Positions 1 through 8,878 of a stretch of 44,102 bases of DNA are shown piece by piece. The stretch's first letter is position 1. Each line of letters starts with the position of its first letter. The stretch is from a virus (Duplodnaviria > Caudoviricetes). The DNA lies in IMG/VR virus record IMGVR_UViG_3300026511_000009, positions 1-44,102 of that record; one strand, 5' to 3'. The position numbers and the translations under genes were made by a program. The notes beneath the pieces were generated by a model. It searched no databases and was not told the origin of the DNA. It saw only the letters and a list, made by a program, of their open reading frames with translations.

Positions 1-1
1 C

Positions 2-895
2 TGTCCAACAGGCTATACTTTAGTTTATCCTGATTTAATTAATTCAACATATACGTTATCTTCAGGTACTTGTGATGACATTAATCCACCAATATGCAGA
101 AGAGTTACTTGTGAATGTCCTACTTCTACAGTACCTAATATTCCAGTTGTAGAATCAGGTATATGTCCTGACACTGCACCTTTAATATTTCAAATAGGTA
201 ACCCAGATTTTGTACAACCGGATCCACGTAGGTGTAGCTATTCTGTTTACATTAGTACTCCCGCTAACTTTACATACGGTGGTATATGGAGGCATAATGT
301 AAGATGTGACTCATTTGCAAATTATTATGGTAATGATTATCCTTGGGAAATAGATTTAATTTCAAATACAGGACAATCAGTAAATACAATAAGAAGCTTT
401 GAATATCAACTTGAGACTTATGTATATAAAGGAGATCCTCAATATAATATGTGTGGTGGAGATAAATGGGAAGATTTAGATTTTAACTTTGATGAATCTA
501 TCATATATAATAATGATCAGGTATCAGGTTTATTATTACTTAATAAGCAACCTGCAAATGAACCTTGGAAAAACTTAAATTATCCAATTATTAATTTTAA
601 TAATATTGATATACTAGTTTCTAAAGTTGAACATAAATTTAGATTTAATCAGTTTTGGGATATAACAAACGATAGAGGTGAATTTACTAATGCAGAGCAA
701 CCTATATTTAATACTCAATCTAATGGTTACATAAGACCTTTAAATGAAATTAATCTTAACTATCAAAAGAATGCTACTCAACGTAAGAAGTTTAGACATT
801 ATTCTAATAACTTAATTTTACGTAGAAATGTATCAGGATCTAGAAAGATGTTATTAAGATTGAATAATACTAAACTTTTACTATCACAGAGATAA
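2..895 (+). CDS. C-terminal part (5'-truncated) of a probable tail stabilisation/muzzle-like structural protein
   Basis: The frame of the 449..895 ORF is open back to position 2 (CPTGYTLVYP...GIWRHNVRCDSFANYYGNDYPWEID...), so the gene starts before the window. The WxHN...NYYG pattern and the position just before the cargo genes resemble crAss-like tail stabilisation proteins (recalled, unverified). The stop overlaps the next ATG (TAATG, 893-897). Confidence 0.6.
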   Translation, partial: CPTGYTLVYPDLINSTYTLSSGTCDDINPPICRRVTCECPTSTVPNIPVVESGICPDTAPLIFQIGNPDFVQPDPRRCSYSVYISTPANFTYGGIWRHNVRCDSFANYYGNDYPWEIDLISNTGQSVNTIRSFEYQLETYVYKGDPQYNMCGGDKWEDLDFNFDESIIYNNDQVSGLLLLNKQPANEPWKNLNYPIINFNNIDILVSKVEHKFRFNQFWDITNDRGEFTNAEQPIFNTQSNGYIRPLNEINLNYQKNATQRKKFRHYSNNLILRRNVSGSRKMLLRLNNTKLLLSQR

Positions 896-3800
896 TGAAG
901 AATAAAAAAAGCATAGGATTACCTGGTGGACCAAATGAGTTTTTAAAAGACATAACTCAGTACATATCTGTAGAAGGGTACAAGCGGTATAGTAAAGATA
1001 TAAACAATCCGGTTAATATCATTGAGTCAGGTTCAATAACAATGGAGGATGTGGATTTCCCTGTTATGGGGACTGATAACTTAGGTAACAGTCAGATGAT
1101 GATGCCTGGTAATAATTATCAGTTTCCAGGAGATAGTGTCTTAGAAGTACCAATGGCTCAAGATGGTACAGAAATACCAGATGAAGCTGAAGCTGCAGCA
1201 TCTAATAATAGTTTTTTATATGATCTTGAAAAATTAGTTAATAAATCATTAGGTGATATAAATAACAAAGCTAGAGATTTTTCTGAGAATCCAGAAGAGA
1301 TGAATAATATAGATAATATGAGACATGCTTCAGGAGGTAGATATGCTGCAGAAGCAATTCAACAAAAGGTTAAAGATATACCTTACTTAGGCGGTCTATT
1401 AGATTTTGTAGGTGTAGACAAAGCAGCTGGTTTTATTGGTTCTAATGTAATGGGTGTAGGGCATGAGTTAAGAACTATATTTGGTGGAGATGAAAGACCA
1501 TTCTTGGCAAAGCTTCAAGAAATGGGAGAAGACACATTTAATAATTATGTTGGGTCAATTGTAGGATCATTAAGTATAGACGATTCTGAAAAAGATGAAG
1601 TAATAAAGTATCTATCATATAACAATCTTTTACCAGACGGATATGTAAGAACTGAGCAAGGAAAAAAAGATGGCTTTTCTGAAGATATATATTTTAAAGA
1701 TGAAGATGGAAAAAGAAAAACAGCCTATCAACGTGGTGGTGGATTACTAGACAAAACCATGAAGTGTAATAGCTGCGGTTGGTCATGGAAAGCTGCAGAT
1801 GGTGGAGCTGATGTATCTACATGTCATAAATGCGGTGGTAGTGCATTACCAAAAGCTCAAGATGGTAGGGAAACTTATACTAGAGAACAAGCTATAGCAA
1901 GACAGGAGCAATTAGTAGAATACGCTAATGAATATTTTGGCGGAGATATTAAAAAAACAATAGAAGCTTTAAATAGCGGTAGAGGTATAGCAGGAGATAA
2001 ATCTTATCCGGAAGATGCAAGTATTTTAGGTACTAATTATAATAAGAAAATAGATAGCCCTAGACTAGAAGCTCCTCCTAATCCTTTACAAATAGGTAAT
2101 AGTTATTTAGCTGAGGGATTAAACGCAATAACAGGAAGAAATGACGGGTTTGATTTTTTTAGACCATTAACTGAAAATCAAATAACTTTATCTGAGGCAG
2201 CAAACGTAACTAATCCTTATGGAGCTTTTGCGTTAGATATGATAGACCCTGCACTTATTACATCTTTAGGAAAAGGAGCAATTAAGGAATTGACAAAACC
2301 TTTAGATAAATTTATATCTAATAGGATTGTAAATAATATTAACCCTACTGATGATTATAATAATATTGGGAAAAAATTTAAAGATGTATTTTTTAATAAA
2401 AAAAGTAATACTTATAGGAATACTAATTCTCTTGATGGAAATATTAGAAATCAATATTTAGATCAAATTTTTTCAGAAACAATGGGTGTAAAGCCTAAAA
2501 TAAAAACCGAAGGATATATAAAACCTTCTTTTGGAGGAAATAATGTTAGATCTTTGTCTTTAGACAAAGGTATAAAGGAAGACGCTTTAAAATCAAAAAT
2601 AGGAGAAAATTACTTACTAGCTAAAGATGCTCAAAAAACATTTAACAAGTTTAAAGAATCTGCACCAAAAGGACTTACAGAAAAAGAATTGTTTGATAAA
2701 TTTTGGAAAGAGCAAGATAGTCGTGACTATTATAAAATAGGCTCTGCAGACGGTTACCCTGCTGCACAAACGTATGATAGAGCTTTTAATGTAATGGCAA
2801 ACAATTCTGGGTACTTAGATAATAAAGGTTTATATAATGAAGTTGATATATGGGATTTGCATCCTTTTAGAAATAACGGTGGGTCTAAGTTTTTACCAAA
2901 TAAAATTAAAGAACTAGAGGTTTTTTCTACACTAGGGAAAAAGCCTATCAAAATACATAACAAATATAAAATTGATAAGATAGAAAATTTTAAATCGGAT
3001 TTTATTAAAGATCTTAAAGACAAGTATAAAGCAGCTAATCCTGATGCCTCTCATTGGGATATAGAGCGTAACTCTACAATGCTTTATTATAAACTTCTTG
3101 AAAAGCATAGAGGGTTTATTCCAGATGAATATAATATAGAGCAAGTATTTAAAGAAGGAGGTGATATAGAATATTATCAAATAGGAGGTCAACCTACTAC
3201 ACAAGAAGGTAACGGTGAGTATAAAGTATCAAGTGGAGATACTTTTTATGGTATTGCTAATAAAAACAATGTAACATGGGATGAATTAAAGAAAGCTAAT
3301 CCTAATATAGGTTATAATAATTTAAAGTTAAACCAATCTATTGTTATACCAAAAAAAATAGACAAACCTACTGATGTTATCAAACGTGAAACAGTCAAAG
3401 AAAGTGTGCAAGATTTTCAGATAACACCTCAACTTCTTTATAAGCAAGCTTATGTTGAATCAAACTTGAACCCTAAAGCTAAGAATAGCCTAGGTTATAT
3501 GGGGCTTGGGCAAATAGGTAAAAGTTTAATAAATGACTATAAGAAAGCAAATAAAGTAGATACAGTAGACCCTTTTGATCCTAAACAAAATTATGATGTA
3601 CAAGCATGGTCAATGAATGAATTATTTAATTCTTCATTTATAAACAAACCAGGATCTACTATGGAAAACAGATTATTAAAATCTCTAGCTTCATATAATT
3701 GGGGTAGAGGAAATGTTCTTAATTTGTTAAAAGCACAAAAAGCAAAAGGTTCTGATATTTATAATAGTACCGAATGGATGCAGCACTTACCAAAAGAAAC

Positions 3801-4116
3801 AAAAGAATATATCCAAATGATTGTTTATGATGGTAAGCCAGAAAAAAGACCATTGGTACAAGAAAATTTTCTTAAAACTACTACAGATGAAAAGTATAAA
3901 GATTTGAGAGCTTTATATAATTATAAACAAGGTGGAGAACCTAATTTATTTAATATGTATAGCGGTTATATAAATGGTGACTATGATGGGACTGAGTTTG
4001 AAAGTAAAGCAGCATTGACCTATGATAAGCTTAATAGAGTTTATTACAAAGAAGCAAAGGATGCAGGTATGAATGTTCCTAATTATATAATGACCTATGT
4101 TATAGGTAATTCTTAA
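895..4116 (+). CDS. Modular virion-associated protein: DUF6973-like region, Zn ribbon, LysM and SLT-type lytic transglycosylase
   Basis: 1073 aa. LysM YKVSSGDTFYGIANKNNVTWDELKKANP from 3220. SLT motifs VESNLNPKA / GYMGLGQI / LASYNWGRGNV / ETKEYI at about 3420-3830. CxxC...CxxC at 1765-1833. RHA...GHE...DTFNN pattern at about 1320-1545. Confidence 0.8.
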   Translation: MKNKKSIGLPGGPNEFLKDITQYISVEGYKRYSKDINNPVNIIESGSITMEDVDFPVMGTDNLGNSQMMMPGNNYQFPGDSVLEVPMAQDGTEIPDEAEAAASNNSFLYDLEKLVNKSLGDINNKARDFSENPEEMNNIDNMRHASGGRYAAEAIQQKVKDIPYLGGLLDFVGVDKAAGFIGSNVMGVGHELRTIFGGDERPFLAKLQEMGEDTFNNYVGSIVGSLSIDDSEKDEVIKYLSYNNLLPDGYVRTEQGKKDGFSEDIYFKDEDGKRKTAYQRGGGLLDKTMKCNSCGWSWKAADGGADVSTCHKCGGSALPKAQDGRETYTREQAIARQEQLVEYANEYFGGDIKKTIEALNSGRGIAGDKSYPEDASILGTNYNKKIDSPRLEAPPNPLQIGNSYLAEGLNAITGRNDGFDFFRPLTENQITLSEAANVTNPYGAFALDMIDPALITSLGKGAIKELTKPLDKFISNRIVNNINPTDDYNNIGKKFKDVFFNKKSNTYRNTNSLDGNIRNQYLDQIFSETMGVKPKIKTEGYIKPSFGGNNVRSLSLDKGIKEDALKSKIGENYLLAKDAQKTFNKFKESAPKGLTEKELFDKFWKEQDSRDYYKIGSADGYPAAQTYDRAFNVMANNSGYLDNKGLYNEVDIWDLHPFRNNGGSKFLPNKIKELEVFSTLGKKPIKIHNKYKIDKIENFKSDFIKDLKDKYKAANPDASHWDIERNSTMLYYKLLEKHRGFIPDEYNIEQVFKEGGDIEYYQIGGQPTTQEGNGEYKVSSGDTFYGIANKNNVTWDELKKANPNIGYNNLKLNQSIVIPKKIDKPTDVIKRETVKESVQDFQITPQLLYKQAYVESNLNPKAKNSLGYMGLGQIGKSLINDYKKANKVDTVDPFDPKQNYDVQAWSMNELFNSSFINKPGSTMENRLLKSLASYNWGRGNVLNLLKAQKAKGSDIYNSTEWMQHLPKETKEYIQMIVYDGKPEKRPLVQENFLKTTTDEKYKDLRALYNYKQGGEPNLFNMYSGYINGDYDGTEFESKAALTYDKLNRVYYKEAKDAGMNVPNYIMTYVIGNS
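1156..1867 (+). repeat. 13-bp in-frame direct repeat GCTCAAGATGGTA (copies at 1156-1168 and 1855-1867, encoding AQDG)
   Basis: Identical copies 699 nt (233 codons) apart, at module boundaries of the 1073-aa protein. Confidence 0.7.
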
Positions 4117-4126
4117 ACCCTAAAGA

Positions 4127-4168
4127 TTAGTGAATCTCCCTAATTATTTGTATATTAATAATATAACA
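4127..4168 (+). promoter_or_regulatory. Putative phage late/middle promoter (TTAG-N20-TATATTA)
   Basis: ATTTGTATATTAATAATATAACA (4146-4168) matches 36444-36466 at 21/23 positions. It is intergenic, just before the ATG at 4177. Confidence 0.5.
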
Positions 4169-4176
4169 TTATCAAC

Positions 4177-6018
4177 ATGGATTTAAACAAAAAAAGTGTA
4201 AACCAGCAAGGAGGTGCAATGATACCTAATCAGCCTGGAATGCAACAACAGCCTCAAATTGATCCACAGGTTATGCAAATAACTGAAATATTTTCTAGAT
4301 CAATGGAAGAAGGCAAGCAGCCTCAAGAAGTATTAATTGGATTAATGGAGCAAGAGGTAGATCAGAATCTTATAGGTCAAGCACTTATGCAGTTAGGTTA
4401 TGAAGAAGAAGCTGTTATACAGTTATTTGAAGAGGTGCAAAATCTTCAAGAACCTCAAGCACCTAGTTCACAGCAAATAACAAACAATCCAGAACAATTA
4501 GCAAGAGCTGAGGAAATGCAACAGCAAGCTTCTCCTATGGATATGAATATAACACCTATAGATCAAGCTAAGTCTGGTATAGAAATTAAACCTGAGAATA
4601 AAGGTAAGTTTACTAGATGGGCTAAAGCAAGAGATATGTCAGTATCTGAGGCTTACAATAAGGTTATGGGTAATACAGATAACTATCCTGCGTCTGTAGT
4701 CAAGATGGCTAATTTTGCTAAGAATGCTGCAGGATGGAAGAAGGAAGAAGGTGGTGACGTATCTAACTATACAGAAGGAGTAAGACAAAGAGAAGGTTCT
4801 TATAATCCTCCTAACAGAAAGTATACTTTAGATCCAAGATTTAAAAAAGAGGGTGGTGAATTTGAACCACACTTTATGTACAAAGGTAAAAGAAAGATTA
4901 GAGCTAAAGATATGGAAACACATCTTAGACTTAAAGAAGCAGGTTATACCCATGATGAACCTAAAGCGCAGTATGGTGGATACATATCTCCGGATCCTTT
5001 CCGTGTTAATCCAGCACTATTTAGCAATCAACAAATTGATTATGGTAAATTTATAAATGTGGGTTCTGAAGTATATAATGATTTCTTTAGTAAGGGTGAT
5101 AAAAATAAAGACAATCTTGCAGATGGTGTGTTTAGAGATATGGGCAAGAAGAAAGAAATGAATGATAAAGGATCACTTAAATATGAATTTGATTTAAGTT
5201 CCGAAAATATAAATGCCTATAAAGCATATAAGGATAAACTTGAAGAAGAAAAGAAATTTAATGAAGCAACACTTACACCATATGAACAGAGATTAAACGG
5301 TTTACCTAAAGGTCAGTTTGGTATACCATATAACTATAATAACTTAGATTTAGGCATTTTTAATCCGATGTTTAGAAATGAAGCTAATCAGATTTCTGCA
5401 GATAAGATTCTACAAGATAGAATGCGTCAGGGAAATCCAGATGAGCAAACTTCAGATGAGTTAAAAGAGTCTGTTAATTTTCCTACTTTAAAGACAGATA
5501 GAAGCTTTATGGATAGAGTAAATAATATACCAAATACTAATGCTGCTGCTATATATGGTGCTGGTAGTAATGCTGCATTTAAAATAGCAGGGCTTGCAAA
5601 TGAAATATTTGATTATAATAAGTACAGTGATGCTAGAAAAGATTTGAGAACAGATACTATTGCAGATAATCTTTATGGTACATTTACTGATATGAATTTT
5701 AAAAGAGGTAAAGGCCCTGATATTAATACAGGTATATTTGGATCAGAAGGAGATAGAACTACAGGTTTGTACATGAGTAAAGAAGGAGGAGGGGTAAATA
5801 ATGCAGGTTTTAAAGCATTACCTGATTATGTACAAAGCAATATTTTAAGTAATATGGCATATGGAGGCCCTAAAGGTGCAGAAGCATACCTTGCAAATAA
5901 AGATAGAGCAATAAAAAGATCAATGGGAAGAGCGCAGCAAGGAGGTGAAACTATAGAAGTTGATTCAAGAATGTTAGCAAAATTAATAGCAGCGGGAGCT
6001 GATATAGAAAAACTATAA
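4177..6018 (+). CDS. Putative internal virion (cargo) protein: Q/M/P-rich N-terminus and mini-domains separated by xxxGG motifs
   Basis: 613-aa ORF with the motifs NQQGG, KEEGG, KKEGG, AQYGG, SKEGG, MAYGG, AQQGG. Located in the cargo module. Confidence 0.65.
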   Translation: MDLNKKSVNQQGGAMIPNQPGMQQQPQIDPQVMQITEIFSRSMEEGKQPQEVLIGLMEQEVDQNLIGQALMQLGYEEEAVIQLFEEVQNLQEPQAPSSQQITNNPEQLARAEEMQQQASPMDMNITPIDQAKSGIEIKPENKGKFTRWAKARDMSVSEAYNKVMGNTDNYPASVVKMANFAKNAAGWKKEEGGDVSNYTEGVRQREGSYNPPNRKYTLDPRFKKEGGEFEPHFMYKGKRKIRAKDMETHLRLKEAGYTHDEPKAQYGGYISPDPFRVNPALFSNQQIDYGKFINVGSEVYNDFFSKGDKNKDNLADGVFRDMGKKKEMNDKGSLKYEFDLSSENINAYKAYKDKLEEEKKFNEATLTPYEQRLNGLPKGQFGIPYNYNNLDLGIFNPMFRNEANQISADKILQDRMRQGNPDEQTSDELKESVNFPTLKTDRSFMDRVNNIPNTNAAAIYGAGSNAAFKIAGLANEIFDYNKYSDARKDLRTDTIADNLYGTFTDMNFKRGKGPDINTGIFGSEGDRTTGLYMSKEGGGVNNAGFKALPDYVQSNILSNMAYGGPKGAEAYLANKDRAIKRSMGRAQQGGETIEVDSRMLAKLIAAGADIEKL

Positions 6019-6020
6019 TT

Positions 6021-8819
6021 ATGGCAAAGATTAAAATAAATAAATTACCACAAGGTTTTAGTATTCGTAATGGTAAGGTTGTAGAAGATAACATCATGAG
6101 GGATGGTGGCATGACAACAGGTGATCAAGCTGATTATGGTTTGGTTACAACTCCACAGGAGTACTATGGGCAAACTAGTTTTAATAACTCACGAGATGAG
6201 AGTGTAAGATATAGTTTATCAGGCGTACCTAGAGAAGATGCTAATATAGAAGCTGAAGGTGGAGAAACAGTGTTAACTGATTTAAACAACGATGGTACAT
6301 TTGGTTTATATGATATAAAAGGACCAAGGCATGGTAGCGGTGGTGTCCCTATGTTTTTACCAGAACAATCATTTGTTTTTTCTGATACAAGAAAATTAAA
6401 GTTTACAAAAGATGAAATGTCAGAATTTGATATGGGAGGATCTAAGAAAACTCCTGCCAAGATTTCTAAAAAGTTTGGACTACAAGATTACTATGGTGAA
6501 TTAGGATCCCAATATGTTGACAATATTTCTGCAACAAGTGCTGAGTTAATGTTAAAAAAGAATATGAATGATCTTTCTAAGTTAGCATTTATGCAAGAAG
6601 CTAAGAAGAACTTTTCAGATGGTGTACCTTTAGCATCTCATCCATATTTAGTTTCTATAGGTGAAGACCCTATTGAGTTTACATCTAAGGTTGAAGAGAT
6701 ATCAAGAAAAGAAGCAGAGCGTAAAGCAATACAAGCATTGCCTCTTGAGCAACAACAGCAAATAATGATGTTACAGCAAATGATGGCTCAGCAGGAACAA
6801 CAACAAGAAATGCAACAAGGAATGCCAGAACAAGGAATGCCACAGCAAATGCCACAGCAACCAATGATGGGGCCTATGGATGCATTTATGCCTCCACCAG
6901 GAGAGCCAGGATTGGCAATGGAAAATAATGCTATGATGAATCCTATGGCTCAGTTTGGTAGTGAGCTTGGTGATTTTTTAATTAAAGCTCAAACTGGTGG
7001 CGATTTAGTTAAAGGAAAAACTAAAGGTAGTGAATTTTATAAAGGGTATTATCCTGAAACAATGGAGGATCCTATATGGACTGGTAAATCATGGATTTTT
7101 GAAGATGGAAGTCAGGTTGCCCCAGATCAATTAAAGGATCTGATAAGTTTAGTATCTACTACGGGTTTTGTTCCAGAAGAATATTTAAAAGTAGATATTG
7201 AATCAGAAGCTGTAACAACAAATGAAACTATAGGCGCAACTGATAAACAAGTAGATACTGTTATAGCATCTAGTGGTGTGAAAAACCCCTATGCTAAAGG
7301 AAGTAAAAAAGCTAAACAATACGATCAGTATATAAAAGATGGTTATACTCCTACTATAGTAAAAACAAATAATAAAAATCAAATATCTTTTGTAAAAAAA
7401 GCATCATCTAATTTTGAACAAAGAGAAGGTAAAACTGAAATTAAAACGATAGACCTTACAGGTACAACTGCTAAAGGAGATGCAATATATAGCCAAGCTG
7501 AGATTGATTTTGCAAATGAAATGAATGAATCAGGTATAGCTTATTTTGACTTTGGTTCATTTTCAGGTGGTAACTTACCATTAAGACAAAATTCTACAGG
7601 TAATCAGAATAGTTGGTATGGTTCAGATGAATTTGCATCAGAAGAAGCCAAGGAAGATTGGATGAGAAGAAATGGTAAAATAGCTGCAAAAATAAAAGGT
7701 TTTGATTATAACAAAGGAAAGGATGATCCTCAGTGGAAGGAATTTCAAAAATTATATGAAGAAGAAAGAAAAGAATTTTTCAAAAAAATAGGTAAGGACT
7801 ATATACCTTATTTTGGATCTGGTACAACTGGATCTGATTTTGATGGTAAAGCAGGAGGTAAAGTATTTAATGCGCCTGGATTTGATGTAGACTATCAAGC
7901 TGGAGATGAAAGATTTATGGATCTTCCTGATGATGTTAAAGTTAAAGCCAAAGAAGAATTTGATATACCATCAGTTACAGCAAAGTCTCAAGAGGATCCA
8001 GAATTTTGGCAACAGGATATAAATAACCTTGTTTCAATAGGTAATATGAGAGACAACTTATATTTACCTTTTGCTCCACAGTTAGAAGATCAAAAAATAG
8101 ATTACGTATTAGATGATTATACTGGAAGAGTCAATGCAAATCTTGCTTCACAGAACACTATGGCGCAAGCATTAGGTGCTTATGGACCGCAAGCTATTGC
8201 AGGCAGCAATATAGCAGGTCAAACTTTAGATGCTAATGCTAAATCTATAAATCAAGTTAACCAGAACAATGTTAGAACTATGAATCAAGTTGCTACTATG
8301 CAACCTCAGTTAGATATGAAGATTGATCAGCTAAATGCAGATACAGCTACAAAGCTTTATGATGGAACTACTATAGCTTTACAAAATAAAGATAACTTCT
8401 ATAATTGGAGAAATAAAGCTTATACTGATGCATTTAACGATGCACTTACCAATAAAGCTAATACATATAATATGAATCAACTTTATGATTACTATAGCAT
8501 TAACCCAAGTACAGGTGGTATAGTAGAATTCACTGACGATGGTAGAAAGCTTGCAAAAAATAGTTCAGGAAATCAAACTCAACAGTCTATAAAAAACTAT
8601 CAATATTTACAGGAATTAATGGGTGACAAAGAAGTACCAGAATGGCTTTATAATCAGATTTATTCTACAGATCCAGGAAATTCAGGTATGACTAAGGCAC
8701 AGCAAGAAATGCTTAATAATAGATTTAATCCTAATACAAGAGCAGCAAAAAAAGGAAAAGAAATAAAGAGATTATCAAAGTGGGCAGTACCATTTTACAG
8801 TGGTAAGATGGGGATGTAA
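6021..8819 (+). CDS. Putative internal virion/cargo protein (EAEGGE...GPRHGSGGV domain, Q-rich linker)
   Basis: 932-aa ORF. The NIEAEGGETV and GPRHGSGGVPM motifs resemble those of phage ejected/tape-measure-like proteins (recalled, unverified). Also MRDGG, MAQFG and AQTGG. Confidence 0.6.
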   Translation: MAKIKINKLPQGFSIRNGKVVEDNIMRDGGMTTGDQADYGLVTTPQEYYGQTSFNNSRDESVRYSLSGVPREDANIEAEGGETVLTDLNNDGTFGLYDIKGPRHGSGGVPMFLPEQSFVFSDTRKLKFTKDEMSEFDMGGSKKTPAKISKKFGLQDYYGELGSQYVDNISATSAELMLKKNMNDLSKLAFMQEAKKNFSDGVPLASHPYLVSIGEDPIEFTSKVEEISRKEAERKAIQALPLEQQQQIMMLQQMMAQQEQQQEMQQGMPEQGMPQQMPQQPMMGPMDAFMPPPGEPGLAMENNAMMNPMAQFGSELGDFLIKAQTGGDLVKGKTKGSEFYKGYYPETMEDPIWTGKSWIFEDGSQVAPDQLKDLISLVSTTGFVPEEYLKVDIESEAVTTNETIGATDKQVDTVIASSGVKNPYAKGSKKAKQYDQYIKDGYTPTIVKTNNKNQISFVKKASSNFEQREGKTEIKTIDLTGTTAKGDAIYSQAEIDFANEMNESGIAYFDFGSFSGGNLPLRQNSTGNQNSWYGSDEFASEEAKEDWMRRNGKIAAKIKGFDYNKGKDDPQWKEFQKLYEEERKEFFKKIGKDYIPYFGSGTTGSDFDGKAGGKVFNAPGFDVDYQAGDERFMDLPDDVKVKAKEEFDIPSVTAKSQEDPEFWQQDINNLVSIGNMRDNLYLPFAPQLEDQKIDYVLDDYTGRVNANLASQNTMAQALGAYGPQAIAGSNIAGQTLDANAKSINQVNQNNVRTMNQVATMQPQLDMKIDQLNADTATKLYDGTTIALQNKDNFYNWRNKAYTDAFNDALTNKANTYNMNQLYDYYSINPSTGGIVEFTDDGRKLAKNSSGNQTQQSIKNYQYLQELMGDKEVPEWLYNQIYSTDPGNSGMTKAQQEMLNNRFNPNTRAAKKGKEIKRLSKWAVPFYSGKMGM

Positions 8820-8854
8820 ACCTAAAGGGTTTATGCAAAACACTTTGTAAACTT

Positions 8855-8868
8855 ATATAATTATATTA
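8855..8868 (+). promoter_or_regulatory. Putative promoter core ATATAATTATATTA upstream of the large cargo genes
   Basis: Identical 14-mer at 32575-32588. Both copies are intergenic and precede + strand genes. Confidence 0.4.
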
Positions 8869-8878
8869 ATTTCACATC

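Noticed and set aside
449-895. 148-aa ORF as a complete gene
   Set aside because: The frame is open back to position 2, so it is the tail of a longer gene.
8817-8833. TAAACC-TAAAG-GGTTTA hairpin after ORF6021, with a similar TAAACCCTAAAG at 4114
   Set aside because: Weak AT-rich stem without a U tract, and spacing to the TATATTA core differs between the two sites. Not supportable as a terminator or promoter element.
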